From Spirochaetota bacterium (GTDB lineage Bacteria > Spirochaetota > UBA4802 > UBA5550), in the NCBI GenBank assembly GCA_963663865.1, contig OY760686.1:2080001-2144000 (forward strand): a DNA stretch of 64,000 bases. Reading direction: 5' to 3'. The notes beneath the pieces are model-generated. The model was not told the DNA's origin and searched no databases. It saw only the letters and a program-made list of their open reading frames with translations. Position 1 is the stretch's first letter, and the number at the start of each line of letters is the position of its first letter. Both the position numbers and the translations under genes were made by a program. This document shows, piece by piece, positions 40,577-50,891 of this stretch.

Positions 40577-42526
40577 TTATATCTCAGTAAGGCCTGATCT
40601 CTTTTTTCTTCCCTTTGATGCGGATGGAAGCTCAACAGATCCTGAAGCTTCGCTATCGGACTGTGCGCTATACGCTGCAGCAAAAAGATCATCACCAGTC
40701 GCTCCTTCATCGGCGAAAGACTGCGTAATATCTTCCCGCATTGTTGAACGTCTTCTGCTGTAAGTAGCGAATGCTGCATCTGCAAATCCTTTTGAAACAC
40801 TGTAAAGAAACTCATTAAGTACGTTTGACATACCCTTAAGCATATACTGCTTACGTTTAATTGTTGTTATGTCAATATCAAGGATAAGTCCCGGCTGAAT
40901 ATGATGAGGATTTACCAGATATGTAAACTGGTTGAATCTCTTCTCAAGGAAGTTTATTCTTTCATCAAGGATAACACGCTCAACGGGATTCTGATATCCA
41001 TGCATTCCTTTAAGCAGGTCTTTCAGGTAAACAAGCTTGCCTTTAAGATTTTTAATTCTCTGCTCATAAGTTCTGTTATTCTTTTCAACAAATGTATCTT
41101 CATTGTATAGCTCTCCGACCTCATTCCATATTATTGACTCAGGATCAGCCTCTCTCATTTTCTTCTCACGCTTCCAATCCTTATTCATGAGTCTGCCGGC
41201 GAGATCATCAAAATCCTTCAGAGATCTAAATCTCTTTCTGGATTCATAATAAGCATGGACTACTTCCCAAACTGCCATTATCTCAGTTGTGAATGCCGAC
41301 ATTTGCTTGTCGTACTCTTTTTTCTCCTCTCTAAGCTGATTCTGATCGAGAAATGCGAGCCTCATTCCATATCTTTCATCAGGCAGAAGAGTGTGATCTA
41401 CCTCTTCATATTCTCGAATATTACATACCCTTGCGTTTTTCATGTTATCGCAAACCTGATATCCGAGTTTACTTGTATCGAGAATTGAAGTTATCGAGTT
41501 AATACATGTGTTGTATCCCCTGTTTCGAATATTCTCTTCATCAATTATATGCTTGATATTCTCACGGATATTCAGCGGGTCAAACTCATCAAGATCTATC
41601 TCGGCTCTAAGGCCCTCAATTTTATCAAGGAATTTTTTAGCGAGGATAGTATATCGTTTCGATTTCTCATCCTCTTTCTCGTCGTCAGTGAATCCCTCTA
41701 TTCTCTTAACTTTTTCAAACATTTTCTCGGCAGCTGTAAGTTCATTCTTTCCCTGATCGACGAGCTCATCATTAAATTGCTGAACCTGTCTGTCGATAAG
41801 ATCCTGGATATGCTTCTGGATCGCATCTTTCATCAGAGCTTCTACAGTTGTCTGATAATGGTACATTGGACTAACAAGCTCACTGTCGAGAATGTTAATT
41901 GAAAGTTTAACATCATAAACATATTTAGGACGGAGTTCATTGTCTTTAAAAACGCATTTTAGAATCGCGTAGGCGTTCTCGCCTCTGACGAAAGCTCCAA
42001 CATCTGTCTTCTGTCTTAAAATTGCGTTTGTTTCTGTTTCCAGATCATTTACACCTCTCTGAATATGTCCCTGAAGGTGGCCATACATGTTTACAATGGA
42101 CTTTTCTATCTCACCGGTATGAAACTTGTCAGCGCCGCCAATTTTGTCCAGCATCTCGACAATCTCTTTCGGTGTATACCTGGCAAGACCCTTTGATTCT
42201 TCTTTATCAACAAAGTCCCTGACCTTTTTGATAAACTCATCTTCCATTGTAACCGTGTAGCGGTTAAACATATTAACATATGTCTGGTTGATGTAGTTAT
42301 AAAGCTTCTCCTTCAAACCGCCCATTACATCAAGCTTTTCAAGGACTTCGTCCGGGAGCTTGGTAAGAACCTGATTTAAAATCTTGTCAGCTGTTTCATC
42401 AACGATCAGCTTTCCTTCTTCTACCTTATTTCGGCCTTCCTGTGCCAGTGATTCCCTTGAACCAACCGCATTGGGAATGGTAGGGTGGACTTTATTCGGG
42501 CTTTTTGGAAATTGAGTTAAAGACAT
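40577..42526 (-). CDS. cfpA: Cytoplasmic filament protein A
   Basis: N-terminus PKSPNKVHP..P.AVGSR.SLAQ matches Treponema CfpA as I recall it; coiled-coil-rich; AGGAGG RBS. Confidence 0.88.
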   Translation of the reverse strand: MSLTQFPKSPNKVHPTIPNAVGSRESLAQEGRNKVEEGKLIVDETADKILNQVLTKLPDEVLEKLDVMGGLKEKLYNYINQTYVNMFNRYTVTMEDEFIKKVRDFVDKEESKGLARYTPKEIVEMLDKIGGADKFHTGEIEKSIVNMYGHLQGHIQRGVNDLETETNAILRQKTDVGAFVRGENAYAILKCVFKDNELRPKYVYDVKLSINILDSELVSPMYHYQTTVEALMKDAIQKHIQDLIDRQVQQFNDELVDQGKNELTAAEKMFEKVKRIEGFTDDEKEDEKSKRYTILAKKFLDKIEGLRAEIDLDEFDPLNIRENIKHIIDEENIRNRGYNTCINSITSILDTSKLGYQVCDNMKNARVCNIREYEEVDHTLLPDERYGMRLAFLDQNQLREEKKEYDKQMSAFTTEIMAVWEVVHAYYESRKRFRSLKDFDDLAGRLMNKDWKREKKMREADPESIIWNEVGELYNEDTFVEKNNRTYEQRIKNLKGKLVYLKDLLKGMHGYQNPVERVILDERINFLEKRFNQFTYLVNPHHIQPGLILDIDITTIKRKQYMLKGMSNVLNEFLYSVSKGFADAAFATYSRRRSTMREDITQSFADEGATGDDLFAAAYSAQSDSEASGSVELPSASKGRKKRSGLTEI

Positions 42527-42705
42527 TTATGAATCCTCCTTTTCAAACAATTAAACGAGTGTAAAGCGTTAAAAGAGATAAAACTGTTTCAATACATTTA
42601 TTTTGTATATTTACACTATCAGGATAATTAATGTCAAGATTTATTTGCAATTAATCACGAGATAGAATTATTAATTTACACGGGCTTCATAATCCCTTAT
42701 CGGCC

Positions 42706-43806
42706 TTATGAAGCAAAATATTTAAAAGTATAGTTTTTAACCTTAAAAACATCGCCGTCTTCAATAAAGCCCTTATCCTCAGAATTTTTAAACTCCACCT
42801 TAATTCCTTCAGGAACGAGCAATGACAGAGAGATTCCCCCTTTTGCTCCACGGACAGCCTTAAGAGCGAATGAAGCTCTTGCGGCGAACTCTCTGATATT
42901 TAGATGACAACCGGCTCCTTTTCCAATTACTATGACCCTGGAGTTAAACCTGTTAATGTCAAAGTGCTCAACAACTGGATTTAATATTTCATTATTCCAG
43001 TATTCAATCCTGCCATGCGCCTTGAGCTGCGAAAATCTTCTGATAAGCACTATCAATATTATAAGAATTATTATAATAGCTGCTATTATTCCGGCCCCTG
43101 CAATTTCCGAAGAAGACACGCTTCTCGAATCTACGGCTGCTTCAACCTTCTCAAGGCCCTTTAGCGGCTCGTCGCTTGCATCAATGACTCTGACATTACC
43201 CTTTACCGAAGCAGCATCGCCATCACCAGCAGCCCCCTGACTGCCCGCCTTTTCTTGATCGCTTTTCCCTTTTTTTAAACCGGCATAATCCACAATATAT
43301 ACCCACCAATCCTTTCCTTCATAATGGTCGGCTATGTTCTTGATATTTGCCCTTCTTGCGGAACCGGGTGAAGGATCGTCGATACCGTCAGTCATAACTA
43401 CAATAACAACCTGTGAATCGGGATTGTCCATTTCAAGCTCGGCCGCCCTTCTGCGAACTTCTTCAATCATCATCGCGGTATTTGTCCATTTCCCGCGGGT
43501 GGTTGTCATTTTTATAAACTTTTTCAGGATATCCTTGTCGTTTTTGTCCTCGATTTTGACCGTTGGGTATACCTTTACCCTCTCATCAAATGTAACAAAA
43601 GTAACATTATCTGAGTTTGAGAGGCCATCAATGTATGACGATATACTCTCCTTTACCTGATTAATTATGTCCTTGCCTCCCGAGCCGGCCATGCTGTAGG
43701 ATGAGTCCAGGACAAGTATGACGTTTCTGTCCTTTGCCAAAAGCTCAACACCCAAAATCGGGATAACAAGCACAGCAAGGAAAAGGATACTCAATACTTT
43801 CTTCAT
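42706..43806 (-). CDS. vWA domain membrane protein
   Basis: Signal peptide, MIDAS LDSSYSM...T...MTDG, single TM, cytoplasmic beta domain (FHA-like, uncertain). Confidence 0.8.
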   Translation of the reverse strand: MKKVLSILFLAVLVIPILGVELLAKDRNVILVLDSSYSMAGSGGKDIINQVKESISSYIDGLSNSDNVTFVTFDERVKVYPTVKIEDKNDKDILKKFIKMTTTRGKWTNTAMMIEEVRRRAAELEMDNPDSQVVIVVMTDGIDDPSPGSARRANIKNIADHYEGKDWWVYIVDYAGLKKGKSDQEKAGSQGAAGDGDAASVKGNVRVIDASDEPLKGLEKVEAAVDSRSVSSSEIAGAGIIAAIIIILIILIVLIRRFSQLKAHGRIEYWNNEILNPVVEHFDINRFNSRVIVIGKGAGCHLNIREFAARASFALKAVRGAKGGISLSLLVPEGIKVEFKNSEDKGFIEDGDVFKVKNYTFKYFAS

Positions 43807-43888
43807 TTTACCTCTCCTTAAAATGGGTTTGTAGAACCTGAACCAGCACTCACATAACCAGGTGCAGGCAGCTCAGGATACGAAATAA

Positions 43889-44644
43889 TCAATATTCCCT
43901 GTAAGTCTTTTCTGTTCTCACGTATTTTCTAAAATCAATCTCAACTTCAGACTTTACATCAAGATACTCATTCATCAAAATAAAAAACCACATCATTGTG
44001 TCTTCCTGAGTTTCGAGAGCTATAAAGGATCTGGGCTCCCTCCAATTTTTTACTATTATACCTTTATCCGCAATCATCATAATATCAAATTCGTGTTCAC
44101 TATCAATATTGTTATTCGTATAATAATTCAGGATATCATTCTTTATTTCCATCATTCCGCTTGAGGTCCCGCCGGCGATTACAAATGATGGAACACGAAC
44201 GTTTCTGCCGCTCTCTTCATCAGAATACATTGACAGTTTTTTAACCCCGCTGACCCGATTGACAACTTCCTGAAGATTCTTTTTATCTAGATTATCCACG
44301 GCAAAAACTGCCCCGCGAACAATCGAAAAAGGGACACATCCATCCATAATCTTTACTATGTCTCTGCAATATGGATGAAATATCAGCAAATCGGCACCGT
44401 CTGGAGCGAACCCTCCGGCATCAACCGGCCGAGCTGAATCAATAGCAAGATTTGCAGGGATAATACCGCTCAAACTCTCTTTAAGTGATTTCATGTCGAT
44501 CTTGACGGACGTCTTCTTTGACTCGGTCCGTGGCTTTGCCTTTACACCCTTCTTTACAGCGGAGGATGTCTTTTTCGAGGCCGATGCCCTATCTGATTTT
44601 TTTACAGCTTTTTTTAAGAAATTGGCAAAATACTTTTTAAACAT
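43889..44644 (-). CDS. Hypothetical protein, DUF6602-like, with Lys-rich N-terminus
   Basis: ADLLIF...VPFSIVRGAVFAVDNLDKKNL...VKKL resembles the DUF6602 pattern. Confidence 0.55.
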   Translation of the reverse strand: MFKKYFANFLKKAVKKSDRASASKKTSSAVKKGVKAKPRTESKKTSVKIDMKSLKESLSGIIPANLAIDSARPVDAGGFAPDGADLLIFHPYCRDIVKIMDGCVPFSIVRGAVFAVDNLDKKNLQEVVNRVSGVKKLSMYSDEESGRNVRVPSFVIAGGTSSGMMEIKNDILNYYTNNNIDSEHEFDIMMIADKGIIVKNWREPRSFIALETQEDTMMWFFILMNEYLDVKSEVEIDFRKYVRTEKTYREY

Positions 44645-44789
44645 ATATCAATCCTCATTTTGACCAGTCAAACTCATTTAGGACTTTCCCGTTTCAACTG
44701 TTAAACAAAGTAGTTTATAAAAAGTCGAGAAACTGTCAATGAATAAAAAAAAAGTTGCCATATCTGGTGGTATTTTTTTGAATGTTTAT

Positions 44790-44963
44790 GCCTGCATTGC
44801 AGGTGATAGATCAGTCGTATTTTTGAGCCAATACTATACGACTCGGGATCCTTATATCCGGATCACATGGTCAAGCTTCCTTGAGGAGAAGGCCGGACTT
44901 TCCGTGCGGGAACCCACCTGGTTTACCAGGTTCAAAAATCCTCATCTACACGGCAATGCGGGT
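44790..44963 (+). ncRNA. ssrS: 6S RNA
   Basis: 174-nt rod: GCCTGCATTGC pairs with GCAATGCGGGT; TTTTTGAGCC pairs with GGTTCAAAAA; GGGA.../CCCACCTG flank a central bubble, the layout typical of 6S RNAs. Confidence 0.8.
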
Positions 44964-44983
44964 TTTAATAATCGCAAACCAAT

Positions 44984-45015
44984 AAAAAAAGCGGCCCATT
45001 CAGGCCGCTTTTTTT
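44984..45015. terminator. Bidirectional terminator (6S / PFOR)
   Basis: A7-gcggcc-cattca-ggccgc-T7. Confidence 0.88.
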
Positions 45016-45016
45016 G

Positions 45017-48000
45017 TTATTTCCCAGCAAGTTTCTTATACGTCTCATATCTCCACCTGGCGTTCTCTTCAGCAGCCTTGAAAAGCTCCTGAGCCTGCTC
45101 AGGGAATTGTTTTTTAAGAGTTGTATATCTAACTTCTCCGGAAAGAAATTCCTGGAATTTAGACCAATCCGGCTCCTTTGAATCAAGACTGAAAGGATTT
45201 TTCCCTTCAGCTTCAAGCATCGGATTGTACTTCCACAGATGCCAGTATCCGCATTCAACCGCAAGCTTTGACTCCATCTGCGTCTTGCCCATTCCATTTC
45301 TGAGTCCATGGTTAATACACGGAGAGTAAGCAATTACGAGTGACGGCCCCGGATATGCTTCTGCTTCTTTCAGGACTTTGAGATACTGCGCCTGATTGGC
45401 CCCCATAGCAACCTGTGCTACATAGACATATCCGTAAGAAACTGCCATCATACCCAGATCTTTCTTTCTGATCTTCTTACCGGATGCGGCAAATTTTGCA
45501 ACAGCGCCTGTCGGGGTTGACTTTGAAGACTGTCCGCCTGTATTTGAGTAAACCTCAGTATCGAGTACAAGAACATTAATGTCGTCGCCTGAAGCAAGCA
45601 CGTGGTCAAGACCGCCGTAACCGATATCGTAAGCCCATCCGTCACCGCCGATGACCCATACCGATCTTTTCGCAAGATGCTCCTTCATTTCAAGTATAGC
45701 CTTCGCCCTGGGACTTCCATCCTTTCCAAGAAGCTCTATCAGCTTTACCGAAGCCTTTTTAGACTCCTCTCCTTTGTCGGCCACTGCTATAAATTCATCG
45801 ACAGCTGTTTTCAGCTCACCGGAAGCGTCTGCTGAGAAATCCTGAACGAGTTTCAGAACTCTGTTCCTCATATGTTCAGCTGCGATCTGCATTCCGTAAC
45901 CGTACTCGGCATTGTCTTCAAAAAGTGAACTCGCCCAGGCAGGTCCCTCTCCACATGAATTCTTGCAGTAAGGTGTTGAAGGCGCTGATCCTCCATAAAT
46001 TGATGAACAGCCTGTAGCATTTGCTATCATCATTCGATCGCCGAAAAGCTGAGTGATGAGCTTTATGTACGGAGTCTCTCCGCACCCGCCGCATGCTCCT
46101 GAAAATTCAAAAAGCGGCTGAGCGAACTGGCTGCCTTTGACAGTCGCTGTAGAAACATAGTTTGTTTTATATGTGACATTTTTTGTAAAGTAGTCCCATC
46201 TTTCTTTCTCAGGAAGCTGCGACTCAAGGGACTTCATAACCAGCGCTTTTTCTTTCGCCGGGCAAACATCGGCACAGTTGCCGCATCCCGTACAGTCAAG
46301 CGGACTGATCTGAATCTTGAACTTGAGGTTCTCCAGTCCTTTACCGACAGCCTTCAGAGTCTTTGTATCAGCAGGAAGCCCGGCTTCCTCCTTCTCATCA
46401 ATCAGGAAAGGCCTGATTACTGCATGAGGACAGACATAGGCGCACTGATTACACTGAATACAGTTATCAGCAATCCACTCAGGAACATGAACAGCTATTC
46501 CCCTCTTCTCATACTCTGTTGTACCGGCAGGGAATGTCCCGTCAGGATATTGAGCAAAAGCGCTTACAGGAAGATTATCTCCATCCTGTCTGTTAACCGG
46601 ATCACAGATATTCTTGATAAAATCAGGTACGTCAGTTCTTACCGGAAGACCTGAGGCTTTAAGCGATTTCCATTCAGCCGGAACATCAACTTTGACTAAC
46701 CCGTCTGCTCCTCTGTCAACAGCACTGTTGTTCATATTTACAATCTGGTCGCCCTTCTTACCGTATGACTTCTTTATGGCGTCTTTCATATAAGATACTG
46801 CAGCATCATAAGGGATAACATTAGCCAGTTTAAAGAATGCTGACTGCATAATCGTATTGGTCCTGTTGCCTAATCCTATCTCCTCAGCAATCGCAGTAGC
46901 GTTGATAATGTAGAAATTTATCTCATTATCAGCAAGATACTTCTTCACTGAATCAGGAAGCTTTTTCTTTGTCTCTTCGGCATCCCATATACTGTTAAGC
47001 AGGAATGTTCCGCCTTTACGCAGCCCCTTGAGCATGTCGTACTGTTCAACATAAGCAGTAACCGAACATGCCACATAGTGAGGAGATGTGATCAGATAAG
47101 TTGACCTGATAGGCTTCTTTCCAAAGCGTAGGTGCGAAATTGTTATACCGCCGGATTTTTTTGAGTCGTATGCAAAGTAGGCCTGAGCGTACATATCAGT
47201 ATTATCGCCAATAATCTTGATTGAGTTCTTGTTCGCCCCTACAGTTCCATCTGACCCGAGTCCATAGAACTTCGCTTCAAAGATTCCTTCAGCTCCGGCT
47301 TCAACGTTTTCTCCTACCGGCAATGATGTAAAAGTTACATCATCAACGATTCCCAGAGTGAACTGATTCTTGGGCTCAGAAAGCTTGAGGTTCTCATATA
47401 CCGAAATAATTTGAGCCGGAGTCGTATCCTTTGAGCTCAATCCGAATCTTCCGCCTACAATCAGAGGAGCATTTTCTCTTCCGTAGAACACATCACGAAC
47501 ATCAAGGTACAGCGGCTCGCCATTAGCGCCCGGCTCCTTCGTTCTGTCGAGTACTGCGATTCTTTTGACTGATTTGGGAAGCACATTCAGCAGGTATTTA
47601 GCTGAGAAAGGCCTGTACAGATGCACAGATATAAGACCTGTTTTCTCACCCTTTGCGGCAAGGTAATCAATCGTTTCCTTGATTGTTTCGGTTACTGAAC
47701 CCATTGCAATAATAATGTTTTCCGCATCCGGAGCCCCGTAATAAGTAAACGGATGATATTCACGTCCGGTAATCTTACTGATCTCCTTCATGTAGTCTTC
47801 GACCATATCAGGGACAGCATTGTAGAAAGGATTCGCTGCTTCTCTTGCCTGGAAGTAAATATCAGAGTTCTGGGCAGTTCCTCTTGTAACAGGATTCATC
47901 GGGCTGAGGGCCCTCTGCCTGAATTCATCCAGAGCTTTCCTGTCAACGAGCTTTTCGAGATCGCTGTAATCCAAAACTTCGATTTTCTGAATCTCGTGCG

Positions 48001-48535
48001 ATGTTCTGAAACCGTCGAAGAAATGCATGAAAGGCACGCGGGATTTTATAGAAGCCAGGTGAGCGACGCTCGACAGATCCATAACCTCCTGGACGCTTCC
48101 GCTTGCCAGCATAGCGAAACCGGTTTGGCGGGCAGCATAAACATCTGCATGATCACCAAAGATTGACAGCGCATGAGCAGAAAGCGACCTTGCGGTTACA
48201 TGAAAAACACCGGGAAGAAGTTCTCCGGATATCTTGTACATGTTTGGTATCATCAGAAGCAGACCTTGTGACGCTGTGAACGTTGTAGTAAGCGCTCCTG
48301 TCTGCAGCGAGCCGTGAACAGTTCCCGAAGCTCCAGCCTCAGACTGAAGCTCAATAACCTTTACTTCTTCGCCGAAAATATTTTTTTTGCCATATGCGGC
48401 CCACTCATCAACGTGTTCAGCCATAGGTGAAGACGGAGTGATTGGGTAGATAGCAGCAATCTCGGTGAAGGCGTAGGCGACATGGGCAGCTGCCATGTTA
48501 CCGTCCATTGACTTCATTACTTTTTTGTCCGACAT
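45017..48535 (-). CDS. nifJ: Pyruvate:ferredoxin/flavodoxin oxidoreductase
   Basis: AIYPITPSS, QSEAGA, GLGSDGTVG, two 4Fe-4S motifs (CIQCNQC..CP; CTGCGNC..CP), GACGGCGETPY, GGDGWAYDIG; AGGAG RBS before ATG 48535. Confidence 0.97.
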   Translation of the reverse strand: MSDKKVMKSMDGNMAAAHVAYAFTEIAAIYPITPSSPMAEHVDEWAAYGKKNIFGEEVKVIELQSEAGASGTVHGSLQTGALTTTFTASQGLLLMIPNMYKISGELLPGVFHVTARSLSAHALSIFGDHADVYAARQTGFAMLASGSVQEVMDLSSVAHLASIKSRVPFMHFFDGFRTSHEIQKIEVLDYSDLEKLVDRKALDEFRQRALSPMNPVTRGTAQNSDIYFQAREAANPFYNAVPDMVEDYMKEISKITGREYHPFTYYGAPDAENIIIAMGSVTETIKETIDYLAAKGEKTGLISVHLYRPFSAKYLLNVLPKSVKRIAVLDRTKEPGANGEPLYLDVRDVFYGRENAPLIVGGRFGLSSKDTTPAQIISVYENLKLSEPKNQFTLGIVDDVTFTSLPVGENVEAGAEGIFEAKFYGLGSDGTVGANKNSIKIIGDNTDMYAQAYFAYDSKKSGGITISHLRFGKKPIRSTYLITSPHYVACSVTAYVEQYDMLKGLRKGGTFLLNSIWDAEETKKKLPDSVKKYLADNEINFYIINATAIAEEIGLGNRTNTIMQSAFFKLANVIPYDAAVSYMKDAIKKSYGKKGDQIVNMNNSAVDRGADGLVKVDVPAEWKSLKASGLPVRTDVPDFIKNICDPVNRQDGDNLPVSAFAQYPDGTFPAGTTEYEKRGIAVHVPEWIADNCIQCNQCAYVCPHAVIRPFLIDEKEEAGLPADTKTLKAVGKGLENLKFKIQISPLDCTGCGNCADVCPAKEKALVMKSLESQLPEKERWDYFTKNVTYKTNYVSTATVKGSQFAQPLFEFSGACGGCGETPYIKLITQLFGDRMMIANATGCSSIYGGSAPSTPYCKNSCGEGPAWASSLFEDNAEYGYGMQIAAEHMRNRVLKLVQDFSADASGELKTAVDEFIAVADKGEESKKASVKLIELLGKDGSPRAKAILEMKEHLAKRSVWVIGGDGWAYDIGYGGLDHVLASGDDINVLVLDTEVYSNTGGQSSKSTPTGAVAKFAASGKKIRKKDLGMMAVSYGYVYVAQVAMGANQAQYLKVLKEAEAYPGPSLVIAYSPCINHGLRNGMGKTQMESKLAVECGYWHLWKYNPMLEAEGKNPFSLDSKEPDWSKFQEFLSGEVRYTTLKKQFPEQAQELFKAAEENARWRYETYKKLAGK

Positions 48536-48792
48536 TGACATCTCCTTGATTATTTTTGTATATTTTAAAAATTTCAATCAGTCAACCCCCGGACGATCCG
48601 GCCCATCATGGCTAAACCGCAGCTCGAGCCTCAAGCCCGAAAGTCAGCAGATATTTGAAAATAATACCAGAGTTAAGCCAGCCCGCATAGAAATGACTGA
48701 CCGGCCTTACCGGTTTCTTTAAATATATGTCCATTGTCTGTAAAAGACAGTTAAAAAGTCAATGATTTTGCCCCTGATTATGTTATTTCGGC

Positions 48793-48834
48793 AAACGTAA
48801 AGGGACAGCCCAGACAGCTGCCCCCTTTACGTTT
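48793..48834. terminator. Hairpin downstream of the DHQ synthase II gene
   Basis: aaacgtaaaggg...ccctttacgttt. Confidence 0.65.
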
Positions 48835-48858
48835 AATGAATCTTTTTATATACTAATT

Positions 48859-49863
48859 TTACTGCTCAGTTATGGTTTCATCGACTGCCATTCCAAAATG
48901 CCTTCCGCCCGATTCAACATAGCCAAGAACCATGTCGCCAGGCTTAAGGTTTACAACGCTTACCGGACTTCCATCGGGATCAGTCAACCTTATAGTCTCG
49001 GCATTCTGTAGAACGACTGAATGCTCTCTCCCGTCGGGGTCAGAGGCATAAACAACGAGCATTGGCCGTTTCTCAACCTTCGACCTGCCCACATAGACTG
49101 TTACGGTTTCACCGCTTTTATCGACTGCAAGAACCGGATCTCCAGTCCTGAGTTCTCCGAGATAACGGGTCCTGTCATCAGGGACTTTGACGTAGGCATG
49201 CACAGCTCCGGCATTTACTCTGAAAGGCCTTGGAGCAACATACGGGTTTTCAATGTTCTCGGCATGAACGAGAAACAAACCCTGACTCGTGTTGCCGACA
49301 AGGATCCCTTGTCCCATTTCCAGATTTGTACAGGTATCCACACAAACTCTGTCACAGATTCCTATGGTTTTTACAGAGACAACTTTCATGTTGACAAGCT
49401 CAAACCTGTCTGCGGCTATTTTCTTTATATAGCGGACAACCCGACCTATCTCTGACGGATCCTCCGTCTCAAGTATTACTCCCGCAACGCCCTTTTCCAT
49501 AATCCCCGCAGCCAACACCGCATCATCGTAATTTCTAACAAACGTAAAGAGTCTTTCCCCGCCTGACGGTATAAGGTTTTCAATGGGTATGATATCCCAA
49601 TCAGTTGTTCTTACAGCAGTTATTCTTGTTTTCAATGAGGCGGAAGCCCTGTTTTCATCGTCCTTATTGTTAATCTGAATAACATCGACGTCCTGCGGAA
49701 TCGTGAGGTCTCCACCCTTGGGAGATGCAACTGCAATACGGCCGAGCTCCTTAACCTTGGGTACGAGTTCTGTTGTTGTCAGAATTACATCAACCCCAGC
49801 CTCTATTGATTCCGTCACAAGTTCCTTGTTCCATTCAGGCAAATGAAGCCAGCACTGTTTCAT
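48859..49863 (-). CDS. 3-dehydroquinate synthase II (archaeal-type AroB')
   Basis: [63 protein letters not shown]. Confidence 0.95.
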   Translation of the reverse strand: MKQCWLHLPEWNKELVTESIEAGVDVILTTTELVPKVKELGRIAVASPKGGDLTIPQDVDVIQINNKDDENRASASLKTRITAVRTTDWDIIPIENLIPSGGERLFTFVRNYDDAVLAAGIMEKGVAGVILETEDPSEIGRVVRYIKKIAADRFELVNMKVVSVKTIGICDRVCVDTCTNLEMGQGILVGNTSQGLFLVHAENIENPYVAPRPFRVNAGAVHAYVKVPDDRTRYLGELRTGDPVLAVDKSGETVTVYVGRSKVEKRPMLVVYASDPDGREHSVVLQNAETIRLTDPDGSPVSVVNLKPGDMVLGYVESGGRHFGMAVDETITEQ

Positions 49864-50624
49864 TTATTCTCTCCATGTACTATCGCTGAAATTGACTCCA
49901 TGATTTCAGTCGGACACCTGTGCTGAAATATGTTTCTTCCTATTGAAACTCCTGCGCCTCCGGCCTGAACAGCACCCTTCACCATCTCGAGAATCTCTTC
50001 ATCGGTTTCCATCTTTTCGCCGCCGGCAATGACCACCGGGACTGGACAGCCCCTTACAACCTCGGCGAAAGATTCCGGTGTTCCGGTATAATTCACTTTG
50101 ACTATATCAGCGCCAAGTTCGGCGCCTACTCTTGCCGCGTGTTTTACAACGCTCACGTCGTACTGATTTTCAATTTTAGGACCTCTTGTATACATCATAG
50201 CTAGAAGTGGCATTCCCCAGTCACGGCAGGCTCTTGAAACAAGTCCCATGCTGCTCAACATGTCTGATTCGGTGTTTGCTCCAATGTTAATGTGGATTGA
50301 CACGGCATCGGCCCCGAGTCTGACGGCTTCCTCAACGGAACACACAAGCGTCTTGGCGTTGCAGTCAACGGCAAGACTCGTGCTTGCTGAAAGATGGACT
50401 ATCAGACCTATATCCTTACCTGAATTCCTGTGCCCGCTTTCTACCAGCCCTTTATGGAGCAGTATAGCGTTGGCTCCGCTGTTGGATACACAGTCAACCG
50501 TTTCAGATATGTTCTCTATGCCGTCAATCGGCCCGACAGTAACCCCGTGGTCCATAGGAACAATAATGGTACGCCCTGTGTTACGGTTGATTATCCTCTC
50601 TAATCTTATCTTTTTCCCTATCAT
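49860..50624 (-). CDS. 2-amino-3,7-dideoxy-D-threo-hept-6-ulosonate synthase (AroA', DhnA-type aldolase)
   Basis: [43 protein letters not shown]; overlaps the DHQ synthase II gene. Confidence 0.9.
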   Translation of the reverse strand: MIGKKIRLERIINRNTGRTIIVPMDHGVTVGPIDGIENISETVDCVSNSGANAILLHKGLVESGHRNSGKDIGLIVHLSASTSLAVDCNAKTLVCSVEEAVRLGADAVSIHINIGANTESDMLSSMGLVSRACRDWGMPLLAMMYTRGPKIENQYDVSVVKHAARVGAELGADIVKVNYTGTPESFAEVVRGCPVPVVIAGGEKMETDEEILEMVKGAVQAGGAGVSIGRNIFQHRCPTEIMESISAIVHGENK

Positions 50625-50891
50625 GGATTTTCTCCGATCTTTATTTATGATGACAATTTTATGCGCAAAAAACGTATGTCAAGTCAGTATTTATATTCAT
50701 AAAAAAATGGAAACCATTTTGTTTCTATTAATAAAAACAAAATAGTTAAAAAGCTGATATAAAAACAATGACAGCATTCCATCCGGGTGATAAATGAAGT
50801 CAATCTTTAGCTTGACTTCATAGGGATATTTGCTTAATAATTGTGAAGGTTGATATCCGGCAGATAATTTGAATTTGTTTCATAACCGGTT

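Noticed and set aside
44739-45092. 117-aa + strand ORF; also considered SRP RNA or a riboswitch here
   Set aside because: Overlaps the 6S-like rod, a terminator and the nifJ end; no SRP domain IV motif seen.
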